A stretch of 64,000 nucleotides of DNA from Eledone cirrhosa (GCA_964016885.1 OZ024740.1:159030001-159094000); one strand, 5' to 3'; numbered from the stretch's first letter, positions 27,220 to 41,696 are shown. Program-made: numbers and translations. Notes: generated by a model not told the origin, from the letters alone.

Positions 27220-28715
27220 CTAGCAGAAGTGCCCGGCGTTGCTCGGAGTTTAATTGCTTTAACGTATTTTTAATGATTCCACTCAATTATGAATATTGAG
27301 GCATTGAAAATAAATACGGGTAAGTTTGAAAATATACAACAATAGCATCTACTCACCATATGTCAGACCGGCAAGACTGCAGTGGTGCTGAATAGAGGAG
27401 TCACAACACCTCTATGTAGACCACATTTTTTGTTCTGCCTTTGGGCGCAAGTATGAATAAGTTCTGCTTGCATCCCACTCTTGAGCATGCGACGTATAAT
27501 TGGCCGTTTGGGTGGCATGACCGTAGATTCAAAGAATGTGTTTGGTAGCGAAAATTATCAAATGAACTTTGAATTAGTTTAAAGTGAGTACTATATTGTA
27601 GCAGGACCGAACACGTAAATATTTATGCAGGTAATGGAGCATGAAAGGGGGAGTAGCCAAAACTTTCAATTGAACGGTGAGTAAGTGGAAAGTGAGTACT
27701 AAGTAATATCTATGAAGAATGCATGTCAAATAATAGGTCAAACCTGTAAGCCAAGCCTGTCTGAGTTATAGCACAAAAGAGCGTAAACAGGGACGTTATT
27801 TTGGAGCACACTGGAAAATAAATCATCGAAATCGGACGTTCGTTAAAAAAGTTTTCTCATTAATTTTTTGTCTCATATTGAGAAAAACAAAGAAAGAAAA
27901 TTACAAAAAGGACAACAATAAAATTTAATGTCGTTGTTGATTCAAGTAAATGAACGCTTAAGCGTCGTTATTGTTACGTTTGTTGTTTTATAAATTCATC
28001 TGTTGCTTTTGAATATTTGTTATTTGATGTACAATGTAACGTTGAGAGAGCAGTATGTATTTAATGTTATCGGATTTTTAAATTTTGATATTTGATGTAT
28101 GACGAACGAAGAGGGTGAATGATCTATTATAGAGAGAGAGAAGTTTTGTCGTTGTTCTAAACTGTAATGGAGACAGAGGCAGTAACCTTTTAAAGAGAGT
28201 TGCAGAGGAGATTGAGGGTAGTGAGAGGAATGAAGCGTGTAAGAGAGAGGGTTATCAAAGTTTGTGTCAGGTTCCTTCAGAGACGTAGGCAGTAACCTTT
28301 TAAAGAGAGTTACGGAGGAGATTGAGGGTAGTGAAAGGAATGAAGCGTGTAAGAGAGAGGGTTATCAAAGTTTGTGTCGCGTTCCTTCAAAAGAAGTTTT
28401 GTCATTGTTCTAAACTGTAATGGTGATAGGTTAGTAGACGGAGGCAGTAACCTTTTAAAGAGAGTTGCCGAGGAGATTGAGGGTAGTGAGAGGAATGAAG
28501 CGTGTGAGAGAGAGGGTTACAGCATGTATTTAGTTTTATCGATTTTCTTTCATAAAAGCAGGACATTTTTGGCAAAAATAATTACGCGTTGACCTGCGCT
28601 GGTAAATTTGGAGCACATTGGAAAAAAAATAATCAAAATCGGTAGAGAAATGTGGAAATGCATAAAAATCATACACACACAGAGACAGACATCTACCGTT
28701 TTATATAAAGAGAGA
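27220..28715 (-). mobile_element. Non-autonomous Helitron with intact ends
   Basis: Minus strand has an A|TC 5' end (TCTCTCTTTATATAAAA) and a 3' hairpin CCGAGCAACGCCGGG followed by CTAG|T. It carries a helicase C-terminal remnant GQLYVACSRVG...RTKNVVYIEVL* at 27401-27508 and internal ~100-bp tandem repeats at 28140-28520. Confidence 0.92.
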
Positions 28716-29164
28716 TCATGACGTGTTTTTGTGTGTGCGATTGTGTGCACGCTTTTGAAAAGTCGAGTTGATTTTCAAAGAGAGAATACAGTGCAATAAA
28801 ATACAATCTAAAATATTTCTATTTTATAATTGAATTCTTTCAAATATACACAGTTGAGAATAATCGCATAGTAATCGAATATACACAAGATGTTTTAAAT
28901 ATAATCGCGTAATTCTTTTTTGTATATAGAAGCAAAGATGCGCCGAGGCCAAATATCACATTTTCTAGACTTCAGATGCGGTAGATTATTTAAAAAATAT
29001 TTGAAAAAGAAAATACAGAAGAATACTGTCTTCATAGTAGCCTGCGGATAGAAATGAATTAGAAACATTATTTAAAGAAACGATTACGGCGAAACTAGTA
29101 GTAGTAGTAATCTTGTAATGTGAGTGAAAGATAATCCACCTATTATGTGTATGTGATATATGTA

Positions 29165-29233
<69 letters not shown>

Positions 29234-29409
29234 AGTATGACTGCATGTATATATATAACGTGTGTTTGTGTATATATATATACATACACACACACACACA
29301 CATACACACGTCAACATACATACCTACATCAGCACACATCTCTACCCACATATAAACACAATGACATACGTAAACACACATGCTCTATGGTGCAACACAA
29401 AAAAATATA

Positions 29410-29459
<50 letters not shown>

Positions 29460-29603
29460 ATATATGTGTGTGTATATATATATAGTGAATATCATTTCAC
29501 ACCTTATTTTGTTAAGATTTTTGATGATCTATTAAGAGAACCGATTTTACTGAAAAAATCGAATAATGTACACCATTTTACCAGGGGGAAAAAAATACTG
29601 GTC

Positions 29604-29634
<31 letters not shown>

Positions 29635-29659
29635 GCGTACATCAACATACAAAGAGACT

Positions 29660-29698
<39 letters not shown>

Positions 29699-29799
29699 TT
29701 CTCCGTATAAGACAAAAGCTGAAAAATATCTTTTGACATGCTAAAATTGCTTTCAAACACATTCTTACTGACCATCCCTGCCACCACAAATTACTCTGC

Positions 29800-29852
<53 letters not shown>

Positions 29853-30314
29853 ATCTTAATAGCCAATTGACACACATCGCTGCTAACCATTATCACAACA
29901 TCGAACACCTTACTACTACTACTACACACACACACACACACACACACATACACACACACACACATATTTGTTGTGAAAGGGTCATTTCTCAATCTTGGCG
30001 CAAAACCAATTTTTTATTCACATGACCTCTACCGACCAATCAAAATTGTTTTGACCGCAAGAATTTTTGCTGGAGCCACTTTTTTAACATAAAAACAGGT
30101 AGAATTCCCAAAACTAATTAGATCAGAGCAAACAGCACGGACACTCTATCTCAAAATTATTTTTGAAAAGCATTTAGAAATGCGCAACCGGTAAAAACTT
30201 AAAAACTTAAAACCACAACTGAATACTAACCCATACAATCACTAATACTCTTTTATTCGTAATTAAACCATTTTTCAACTGTGAACAATTTGTCAGCATT
30301 TTCTATTCCGTTCA

Positions 30315-30390
<76 letters not shown>

Positions 30391-30431
30391 TATATATATA
30401 TATGTTTATATATATACATATATATATATAC

Positions 30432-30843
<412 letters not shown>

Positions 30844-30934
30844 TTCTACATGGAGTTGCGACTGATAGCACTCTGGAACTCTGGAATTCTCACAGCCTTA
30901 TCCGGTCCACGCAATTTGTAATTATCCCTCACTC

Positions 30935-31170
30935 CAGCTGCTGTGATTAACTTATCGAGTTTCTTGAAGACATCACCAGGATCACTGGTGGTGGCTCATG
31001 GGTGGATGTTGTTTACCTTGACTTTGCGAAAGCTTTTAATTCTGTGCCACACAAAAGACTTATGAGTGTGAGATATGATATTTTTAAATGGTTGAAGTCC
31101 TTCATTCTCAGTCGAAAAGAGGTAGTCACGGTTCTAGGAAAGCATTCTTCACCCTATGAGATGTGATCTG
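30935..31170 (+). pseudogene. CR1/L2-group LINE reverse transcriptase fragment
   Basis: Translates LIEFLEDITRITGGGSWVDVVYLDFAKAFNSVPHKRL, then KWLKSFILSRKEVVTV. Confidence 0.8.
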
Positions 31171-32789
31171 GTCAGTACTGTTTCTTGATCTTGAAAACTG
31201 CAGTAAGGGAACTTAGTGAAGCCTTCTAACTTTAGACTGATTAAATAAGACTTTATCCCTAGGGAAATATATTTGGGAAGTGTTCTTAGATTACTTCACT
31301 GGCTTTTATCCGTCAGTGATTTTGTATAAGATGATCCATATCTATTTGTTTCTCTGAATTAGATATATTTTAGCAATCTTTTTTCATTGAGATGTTATGT
31401 ACATTGGTGACAAATTTACATATGTATGATAATTGCTATACCTTTAATGTTGACTTGTTAGAAGGTTTATATTTGCTGCTATTTCTAGTGACAAATTAGA
31501 CTCGCTACTTTGTTCGTATATACAAAATATTTGTCTTGTAAGTTTATATACCCTTGCGTGTAATATTTTACACCAGACTGGTTCGTTGAGGATGAACTGC
31601 TTTTACTTAACAGGTTTACATATTTTTTCTTATACCTTACAAAACCCCTCTGATAGGATGACTGTCATATTCTATTGTGATGGTCAGTAGTTTTTTAATC
31701 TTAGAAACTGCAATGAGGGAACTTATTCAAGCCTTCTGTCTTTAGGTTCCTTAACTAAGAATCTACTCCTAGGGAAACATGCATGTGAAGCATTCTTTTT
31801 AGATTATTTTACAGGGATCTACCCTTCAGAGATTTTATATAAGATGTTTTATATATATATATCTTCTTCCTCTTCTTCTTGTTAAGGTATTCTAGCGCTA
31901 GTTTTGTGTTAATGTTCTGCTCAGTGATGTAAAATTCTCTCTCTTTGAGATCGTGACGTGGGTCTTATGACGATGTCAGGGGTAAATTGCAAAGAGGCTT
32001 TTCGTCATAGCAGTAGCACTATACTTCCAGTGAATTTATTGCTCGTCATGAGTCTTTTCTGAGTCCCACACGCGGACTAAAAAGTTCTATCTATGCTGGT
32101 TTTCAAATCAGTGTAACGTATGTCATAGACTGTCTGCCACATAAGGCCGGCGAGCTCTGTTCACTCTGAACAACTGGCTTTAACTTGCCTTTTCCCCTTC
32201 TTGTCAGTTCCAAACATTTCCGTCACGGGAAGGCTAGCAGTTAGGCTTCGGTTGTCAGGCTATATTAGATGAAAGCCTTTTAGGGCATTTTAGTAGAGAG
32301 TAGGATCTCAGGCCTACTCCCACCCCGGCAACGATAAACTTAGTGTATATATATATATAACATCGCTATTTATATATAATATTATATACATCGCTATTTC
32401 AGAGCACCAATCCTAATACCTAATTTTTGCTGAACCGGCAATCGCTCTGTATAATCAGCTCCTGATTATTACTGGAATTCTATAAGAATCCAGCTTCTAT
32501 AATTTTCGGCGGAAGCAGGGGAGTTCATGGCTCTGATGAACGCCAAGCAGCGTGAAACAAACTGTCAGCTTCTCTCCCTTCTTTCGCCGAAAAGAAGTAA
32601 CTGACATAGTCACTACTTTAAAACTAATAGTGAATGGTTTTCTAAATGTTTTTAATTGAACATACGGTATATTGCCAAATATACTATACATACATTCATG
32701 TATACATCGCTATTTCAGAGCACCAATCGTATATATATCTTATTAAAGATCGGAGGCCATATTCAGTTGAGTCAGGTTTATTTAAAACT

Positions 32790-32847
32790 CCGTTATACAT
32801 ATTTCCCTGAGGACTATCAGTTATAATAGCCTGAGCTCTTCAGACGG
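32790..32847 (-). ncRNA. Type I hammerhead ribozyme
   Basis: CCGT-CTGAAGA-gctcaggCTAT...ATAGtcctcagg-GAAA-TATGTA-TA-ACGG: intact core, 4-bp helix I. Confidence 0.75.
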
Positions 32848-32985
32848 CAAAACCTATAAAAACAATGAAAGTCCCTAAAGGAAACCTTTAACTTTGGAAA
32901 AGTCCAAGTTTTTCGAAAAATATTTTTTGTTCTTGATACAGGGGGTTGGCCGGACGCGTGGTATTGTTTCTTCGACAGTCGGACG

Positions 32986-33094
<109 letters not shown>

Positions 33095-33517
33095 AACCAG
33101 ATACTGTGTGTACAAACATGTAAACAACATTTTATCTCGATACATTACGTATTTCTTTACGTGTAGAAAATATCATTATGTTTTTAAGTTTAAATATCTG
33201 AAATGAGTTATTGTTAATGCGATTATAATTTTACGAACTATCAGCCGATCAAACCAACCAAAACCTAATGTAAATATAAATAACCGCTCAAACCAATTGA
33301 AAATATTGTGTAGATGTAAATATTAAAAAGATTTTTCAGCTCAAGATGATGTTCATAATCCGAAAAATTTTAATTGTCCTTTCCTTTGTTCAATCTCTTG
33401 ATGTCAATTCATTTGGGACTTTCCTGTTTCTATCATACAAAACCATTAGTTTTGAAGTGTTTATATTTCAATCCAAATAATGCTGTCCTTGGACTGCCAG
33501 CCCTAAACTACCCCATA

Positions 33518-33557
<40 letters not shown>

Positions 33558-33651
33558 TATAAAACAAGGACGTTACATTCCCAGGATATATATATATATA
33601 TATATAGTGACGAAACACAAGTCAATTGCATGAACTCATAATCCTTTATTT

Positions 33652-33707
33652 ACTGGTATATATATTTCGATGATAGCCATTGAGTGGCTATGACCTCATC
33701 AGGCAGT
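33652..33707 (-). ncRNA. Type I hammerhead ribozyme (same family as 7161-7215)
   Basis: ACTGC-CTGATGA-ggtc-ATAGCCA-ctcaa-TGGCTAT-catc-GAAA-TATATA-TA-CCAGT. One mismatch in helix I. Confidence 0.82.
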
Positions 33708-33781
33708 TAGTCAATTCTTAGATATGCCAGCTCTGTGTTTAATGTGTTGATTGTATCAGAGCCTTGACACACACACACACA

Positions 33782-33856
<75 letters not shown>

Positions 33857-34119
33857 GACACACACACACAATACACACACACACACACACATATGTATAT
33901 ATATATATGACTGTTTCCGAAGAAGATAGTAAGATCGAACCTATATATTATGTCTGATAGTATACAGTTTTCCAACTGCTACAGATCAGTCAATATATCA
34001 ATATGATCAACCCTACGAAACGATCGTAAAACAATGAAATGAATATGTAACACAACTTACCTTTGTTATTATTATCATTGCTAAACTAATATCTAGTATC
34101 TAATATATATATATATATA

Positions 34120-34348
34120 CGAGGTACGTCAGAAAAGTTCCCTGACTGATGTCACAAAAGATTTATTTCAAGCCCAAACTTCACATTAAGAGTTTTCTCC
34201 TTCAAAGTAATCCCCCTGGAGCCTAATGCACTTTTCCATCCTTTCTGCCACGCTTGCATGCACTCCTGGAATGATTATTCCGGGATCCTCCGCAGTTCCG
34301 TCGTAACGGCCTTTTTGATGTCGCCCACATCTTCAAAACGGGTCCCCT
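34120..34348 (-). mobile_element. mariner transposon right end
   Basis: TA|CGAGG terminus. Minus-strand translation GTRFEDVGDIKKAVTTELRRIPE*SFQECMQAWQ..KCIRLQGDYFE is a typical mariner C-terminus. Confidence 0.85.
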
Positions 34349-34350
34349 CC

Positions 34351-34848
34351 GAGAGAGATGTAAGTGGGTGTACGTGGAGATGCGTGGTGTGTATTAGATG
34401 TGTAGAAGAATGAAGGAAAGAGTATAACTGATAAAATAAAAATAACAACACGAGAGTGAGTTACCTTGGGAGAGATTTAATTGTCCCTATATATTTCGGA
34501 TTCACATCCATCAACTGGGGGTTTTTTCCGGGGTGGGGGAAAGGTTGTCTGTCGGACAGGTGTGAAAGGCGTCCTCCGCTGTTTGTTGTTTGGAATATCG
34601 ATATTCAAAACAACAAACAGTGGAGCACGCGTTTCACACCTGTCCGACAGACAACCTTTCCCCCACCCCGGAAAAAACCCCCAGTTGATGGATATGAATC
34701 CGAAATATATAGGGACAATTAAATCTCTCCCAAGGTAACTCTCTCTCGTGTTGTTATTTTAATTTTATCCTTTATACTCTTTCCTTCATTCTTCTACACA
34801 TCTAATACACACCACGCATCTCCACGTACACCCACTTACATCTCTCTC
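34351..34848. repeat. ~500-bp spacer-less palindrome, centre 34599/34600, with a degenerate hammerhead in each arm
   Basis: The arms are reverse complements with about 10 mismatches; centre GAATATCGATATTC. CCC-CAGTTGA-tGGAT-atga-ATCC-GAAA-TATA-TA-GGG at 34679-34714 (+) and 34485-34520 (-). Confidence 0.93.
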
Positions 34849-34964
34849 TCCACCACCGGATCTTGTTACCGGGAGATTTACCCATTTGCATTGTCGAGGC
34901 TTCCAAACTACTTAAAGATATTTACTTATTATTCCACAATGCTTCAAGCAAACTTCAATACTCT

Positions 34965-35060
<96 letters not shown>

Positions 35061-35196
35061 ATGTTGAAAAGGTAACACACTAGAGAGAGATAGTTCGCCA
35101 TCAATAAAACGGAAAAACGACTGTGACTTCTCTCTCCCACTTGTAGCTGGACGGTCGCTTTGAATTCTCTTAGAGTTGTCTGAAATGTATAGCCTT

Positions 35197-35279
35197 ACAC
35201 ACGCTGATGAACCATGGGCTATTTCATTTCTGTCAACAACTTACTGGCGAAACAGATCTCTTTGGATTTGAACGCGTGT
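35197..35279 (+). ncRNA. Degenerate type I hammerhead inside a small inverted-repeat unit (35055-35117 / 35380-35445)
   Basis: ACACACG-CTGATGA-aCCA...TGGc-GAAA-CAGATC-tctttg-GATTTG-AA-CGCGTGT. The U of the cleavage triplet is replaced by A. Confidence 0.6.
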
Positions 35280-35526
35280 TATATAGTTATAGAGGTATGT
35301 ATATACACTTTAATTTATATTTTTAATTATCGTGTGTCTACTCTGCCTTTCATAGGTTATAGATTCCATACACTGGTGGTTTTCCCTGTTTTATTGATGG
35401 CGCACTGTATCGCTCTCTAGTGTGTTACTTTTTCAACATATTGTATTTTAAAGAGCTCAGGATTCCTACTCCTTTGAGAACATTATTGACAGGGAATAGC
35501 GAGAGTCTATGACTCCGTTAATTTAT

Positions 35527-35628
<102 letters not shown>

Positions 35629-35730
35629 ATTATATATATGTATGTAAAAGGTAAACAGAAATAACAACACAATCGGTACAGTATATGGAAGGTATATATT
35701 AGTTTAACACTTGATATAGCAGGAAGAGGA

Positions 35731-35766
35731 TCTTAACGTTTCGGACGCCAGTCCTTCATCAGAAGA
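35731..35766 (-). ncRNA. Minimal type I hammerhead ribozyme
   Basis: TCTT-CTGATGA-a-GGAC-tggc-GTCC-GAAA-CG-TT-AAGA, with palindromic AACGTT as helix III. Confidence 0.82.
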
Positions 35767-36239
35767 AAGAATGACAAATAAGATAGATTGAGGGGACGGC
35801 GGGATGGAATTAGATAAAAATAACAGGTCCATTTATGTTGACATCTCTTGCAAAACTGTTGGTGCTGGCGTTTTGTGTATGATTTGTGTTTTAGAAAAGT
35901 GGATGATGGCAGGCGTCTACCTGAAATGGAAAAAAAAACCGTTTTGTAAAAAGAGCTATACTTGTGCACGTGCGTAAGCATGTGTGTGTGTGTGTTATTA
36001 TACGTCCGTACGAAGCTAAGAAGGAATGTGTGAGTATATGTGAGTAAAAGAGTGTGTGTGCATGTAAGTACGAATCTATGAGCAAAAGTATGTTAATATA
36101 AGGGTGAGTATGTGTGTATATAGAGCAGTGAAGGTGTAATCACTAACAAAGTAACAGCTTGTTTCAGGAATCTCAATTATGTAGGAAAGTATACGCCAGC
36201 TGGCCATGAATTTTATATTATATTAATTATATATATATG

Positions 36240-36281
<42 letters not shown>

Positions 36282-36385
36282 ATTTCAGGTTATCAATAAT
36301 GTAGTGATAATATATCGTTACGTTAGAGATGAACAGCGTACGTGCAGGTTTGCTCAACGAGTATAAATTATATTCCGGAGAAATG

Positions 36386-39300
36386 TAGAAAGGATGAATA
36401 TAAAATGAAAGTGCTTTTGTTAAAAAAGGAATTTATTAGGTATTGACATATGTTTCTGTAACAGACCGAATACCTATGTATCGCTGCTTGCGTAATCATA
36501 TAATGTTAGCAAGTATTCGATAGCAAATGTATAATCAGTTGTCACTTCTTCAGAGATTTTGGATAAACTGGATAAAATCAGAAAAATTGAAGTATTTATA
36601 TTAGTAAAAGAGGAAGGAACAGAGGGGATAGTATATGACAGATGGTAAAATAATTTACTGCTAAACAAGTATATAATGGGTTTTTAATGAGAATACCATG
36701 AGTAAATCTAAATAAGAATTTTGGGAGTGCCAATTTTAATCTCTACTTGACCAACTGGACAGTGGACAGGGCTGGTCATTTGGTGCAGTAGTATTAATTA
36801 TAAAGTGTCAATTGGGGAAGGGGGAGATTTCGATTGCTACTAAATAACATCAATGCTAGTAGCCAGCTGGTATATGCATTAGGGAATTGAATCAAGAAAT
36901 CAGAAATCTCATTTTATCTATAGCAGTTTGTATTAAAAGGTAAATAATAGAAGAGTTGATAGAATTAAGACTAATAAAGAATGTTCATATCTATTTTGAC
37001 AATCAAACGGGGATAGAGACAGGCGTTCAATCCTGGTAGTATTTATAATATGAAAATGTAGATTTTAAGCGATGGTTACAGTATAACGATCGCTCTATTC
37101 TGTTATTTAATCAAATGTTTTTGGATTTCATAATACAAAATAATTCTACATTACATAATTTACAAAATTCCTGTCCATGGGATTATGGGGGGGGGGGGGG
37201 GGGGGGGGGGGCAGCCGCTATTATATCCCATTTTAGGTGAAATTGTTGGTTATTTTCACGCAGCTGCCAAGCCTTGTCTGCGAGTGTTGTTACATAACGC
37301 TGGTTTTCATGTTTTATCGAATAACGATGTCTATAAAGGCGTGATTTGAAGGAGGTGGCTGTAGATCCCACATAGTACCACTTCTGTCTATCCGATTCGA
37401 TAGTACATTTGTATACGATGTTGCGTTCAAGACACTGATTGTTCAACGGACACATTCCTGGTTGGACACAGTTGCAATTATAATTTTGCGTTGTTGTATT
37501 GCCATGGATGGGTTGATGAGGTTGCTTATGTAGGACAGGATGTTGTTTGTTGTTTTGTGATGTTATTGCTAATGTTTTACGTGTATTGTTATGTGTTGGA
37601 AGGCGTTTATACAACCGTTTTGCGTTAAGCTTTTTTATATGTTGTTCAATATTAGGGGCGGTTGAATATGAAAGTCGAATAGTGTTAGGGTTTAAGATTT
37701 TATTATATTTATGTGATGTTGGAAAGTGTTTTCTAACTAATCGAAAGAATTTTGAGGGTAGATTGGTTTTAATAGAGTTGTTATAGACCGGGTTGTATCA
37801 GATATACTCCTTACATCGCCTTCTGTTTGGTGGTGTGCGACTATTATTGTGTCTATTGCGGTAGTGTATGTATGGTGGTGATTCTGTGCTATTTCTACTC
37901 CTATGTGATTTATTTTGGGTGTTTTGGTGATCTTTGACTATATACTTTATATTATCTAGGTGACCGGCTTTCCTAAGTGCATCATCATAATACTCGGCAT
38001 GTTCTTTGAAGGTTTGTTGGTTGGACGATAGGCGGGAGATTCTAAGAGAAACATTTCTAGGGATGGATTTAATTATAGAGAGTGGATGGTTAGAACTCGT
38101 ATTTACATATTTAAGGTTCTCATTTAGTTTATGGAACGGTTTAATCGTATCTGTATTGAGATTGAAAGTAACATCAAGGAAATTGACCTCTTTGAGGTTA
38201 TATTCAAATGTAATATTTAATCCTAGTTCCTTAAAAAGCTTTCTGATATTTTTACGCATCCTTTCTAAATTCTGGTTATTCATATGCTTAACTAATAGGA
38301 GCGCATCGTCACGGTAAATTCCACCGTGGAGATCCTTGAATTTTCCTTGTAATCTGTGGGTGATATAAATTCCCACAAGATCTGTTACTTCCGCCGTATC
38401 ATTAGAACCCATAGTGATATCAAAATTAGAAGGTCTATCTTTGCGAACCCAGTAGCTATCATCGAATTTAACTATAGTTTTTCTCGCTTCCATAATAATT
38501 TTAATTTCAGCATCCGTAAGGTCGGAATTATCCTTAGCGAACGAAAGATCTTCATGTAGAGTATCAGGTGAAATTGAGGAATAATATTCATCAATATCAA
38601 ACTGAATAAATTTTGATTTTTTCTTATCAGATCTTGTGGGAATTTATATCACCCACAGATTACAAGGAAAATTCAAGGATCTCCACGGTGGAATTTACCG
38701 TGACGATGCGCTCCTATTAGTTAAGCATATGAATAACCAGAATTTAGAAAGGATGCGTAAAAATATCAGAAAGCTTTTTAAGGAACTAGGATTAAATATT
38801 ACATTTGAATATAACCTCAAAGAGGTCAATTTCCTTGATGTTACTTTCAATCTCAATACAGATACGATTAAACCGTTCCATAAACTAAATGAGAACCTTA
38901 AATATGTAAATACGAGTTCTAACCATCCACTCTCTATAATTAAATCCATCCCTAGAAATGTTTCTCTTAGAATCTCCCGCCTATCGTCCAACCAACAAAC
39001 CTTCAAAGAACATGCCGAGTATTATGATGATGCACTTAGGAAAGCCGGTCACCTAGATAATATAGAGTATATAGTCAAAGATCACCAAAACACCCAAAAT
39101 AAATCACATAGGAGTAGAAATAGCACAGAATCACCACCATACATACACTACCGCAATAGACACAATAATAGTCGCACACCACCAAACAGAAGGCGATGTA
39201 AGGAGTATATCTGATACAACCCGGTCTATAACAACTCTATTAAAACCAATCTACCCTCAAAATTCTTTCGATTAGTTAGAAAACACTTTCCAACATCACA

Positions 39301-40606
39301 TAAATATAATAAAATCTTAAACCCTAACACTATTCGACTTTCATATTCAACCGCCCCTAATATTGAACAACATATAAAAAAGCTTAACGCAAAACGGTTG
39401 TATAAACGCCTTCCAACACATAACAATACACGTAAAACATTAGCAATAACATCACAAAACAACAAACAACATCCTGTCCTACATAAGCAACCTCATCAAC
39501 CCATCCATGGCAATACAACAACGCAAAATTATAATTGCAACTGTGTCCAACCAGGAATGTGTCCGTTGAACAATCAGTGTCTTGAACGCAACATCGTATA
39601 CAAATGTACTATCGAATCGGATAGACAGAAGTGGTACTATGTGGGATCTACAGCCACCTCCTTCAAATCACGCCTTTATAGACATCGTTATTCGATAAAA
39701 CATGAAAACCAGCGTTATGTAACAACACTCGCAGACAAGGCTTGGCAGCTGCGTGAAAATAACCAACAATTTCACCTAAAATGGGATATAATAGCGGCTG
39801 CCCCCCCCCCCTAATCCCATGGACAGGAATTTTGTAAATTATGTAATGTAGAATTATTTTGTATTATGAAATCCAAAAACATTTGATTAAATAACAGAAT
39901 AGAGCGATCGTTATACTGTAACCATCGCTTAAAATCTACATTTTCATATTATAAATACTACCAGGATTGAACGCCTGTCTCTATCCCCGTTTGATTGTCA
40001 AAATAGATATGAACATTCTTTATTAGTCTTAATTCTATCAACTCTTCTATTATTTACCTTTTAATACAAACTGCTATAGATAAAATGAGATTTCTGATTT
40101 CTTGATTCAATTCCCTAATGCATATACCAGCTGGCTACTAGCATTGATGTTATTTAGTAGCAATCGAAATCTCCCCCTTCCCCAATTGACACTTTATAAT
40201 TAATACTACTGCACCAAATGACCAGCCCTGTCCACTGTCCAGTTGGTCAAGTAGAGATTAAAATTGGCACTCCCAAAATTCTTATTTAGATTTACTCATG
40301 GTATTCTCATTAAAAACCCAGTATATACTTGTTTAGCAGTAAATTATTTTACCATCTGTCATATACTATCCCCTCTGTTCCTTCCTCTTTTACTAATATA
40401 AATACTTCAATTTTTCTGATTTTATCCAGTTTATCCAAAATCTCTGAAGAAGTGACAACTGATTATACATTTGCTATCGAATACTTGCTAACATTATATG
40501 ATTACGCAAGCAGCGATACATAGGTATTCGGTCTGTTACAGAAACATATGTCAATAGCTAATAAATTCCTTTTTTAACAAAAGCACTTTCATTTTATATT
40601 CATCCT

Positions 40607-40612
<6 letters not shown>
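36386..40612. mobile_element. Penelope-like element as a ~2-kb head-to-head inverted duplication (36386-38393 minus; 38628-40612 plus; 38394-38627 unique RT segment)
   Basis: RT motifs QFDIDEYYSSI, ITMGSND.AEV.DLVG, IYRDD and FLDVTF; SNHP; I*YNP; CNC..CPL; IVYKC..YVGST..FKSR (GIY-YIG). The two arms are nearly identical. Confidence 0.94.
40444..40550 (+). ncRNA. Candidate hammerhead with long helix II in Penelope 3' region (mirror copy ~36445-36553)
   Basis: CTGAAGA-a-GTGACA...(GAATAC/GTATTC)...TGTTAC-a-GAAA-CATATG-TC. Helix I pairing is poor. Confidence 0.5.
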
Positions 40613-40642
<30 letters not shown>

Positions 40643-40756
40643 AAGAATTCATATCTAGTAACATATATATACATACAGATGCATATCAATGCTAGCAAAT
40701 ATATAGGTTTTGTCTTAATAACAGAGTGGTTCAATGCATGTGGTTGCAGAACAATA

Positions 40757-41375
<619 letters not shown>

Positions 41376-41696
41376 GCATATATGTATATATTTGGGATCG
41401 AACTCATTGTTGCTGCATATACATAAACTTTATTGGCATTCAATTTGAATGTGCATTTGGAATATAATGTCACATATGGTTTTACCCAGAGCTGATCGAT
41501 ATTGAAACGATTGTAATATGCCAATGGGTGTATGTATATCTTGCAACATTTATTTCGATCTTATTTACTAAATATCAGGTGCTCACCCGGGTTAACGTAC
41601 AGTAACTCTGCGTTACACTTCCTGGATATGTATATATATATATATATATATACACATATGTATACACCCCCAACCCCACATATATGTATACATTTA

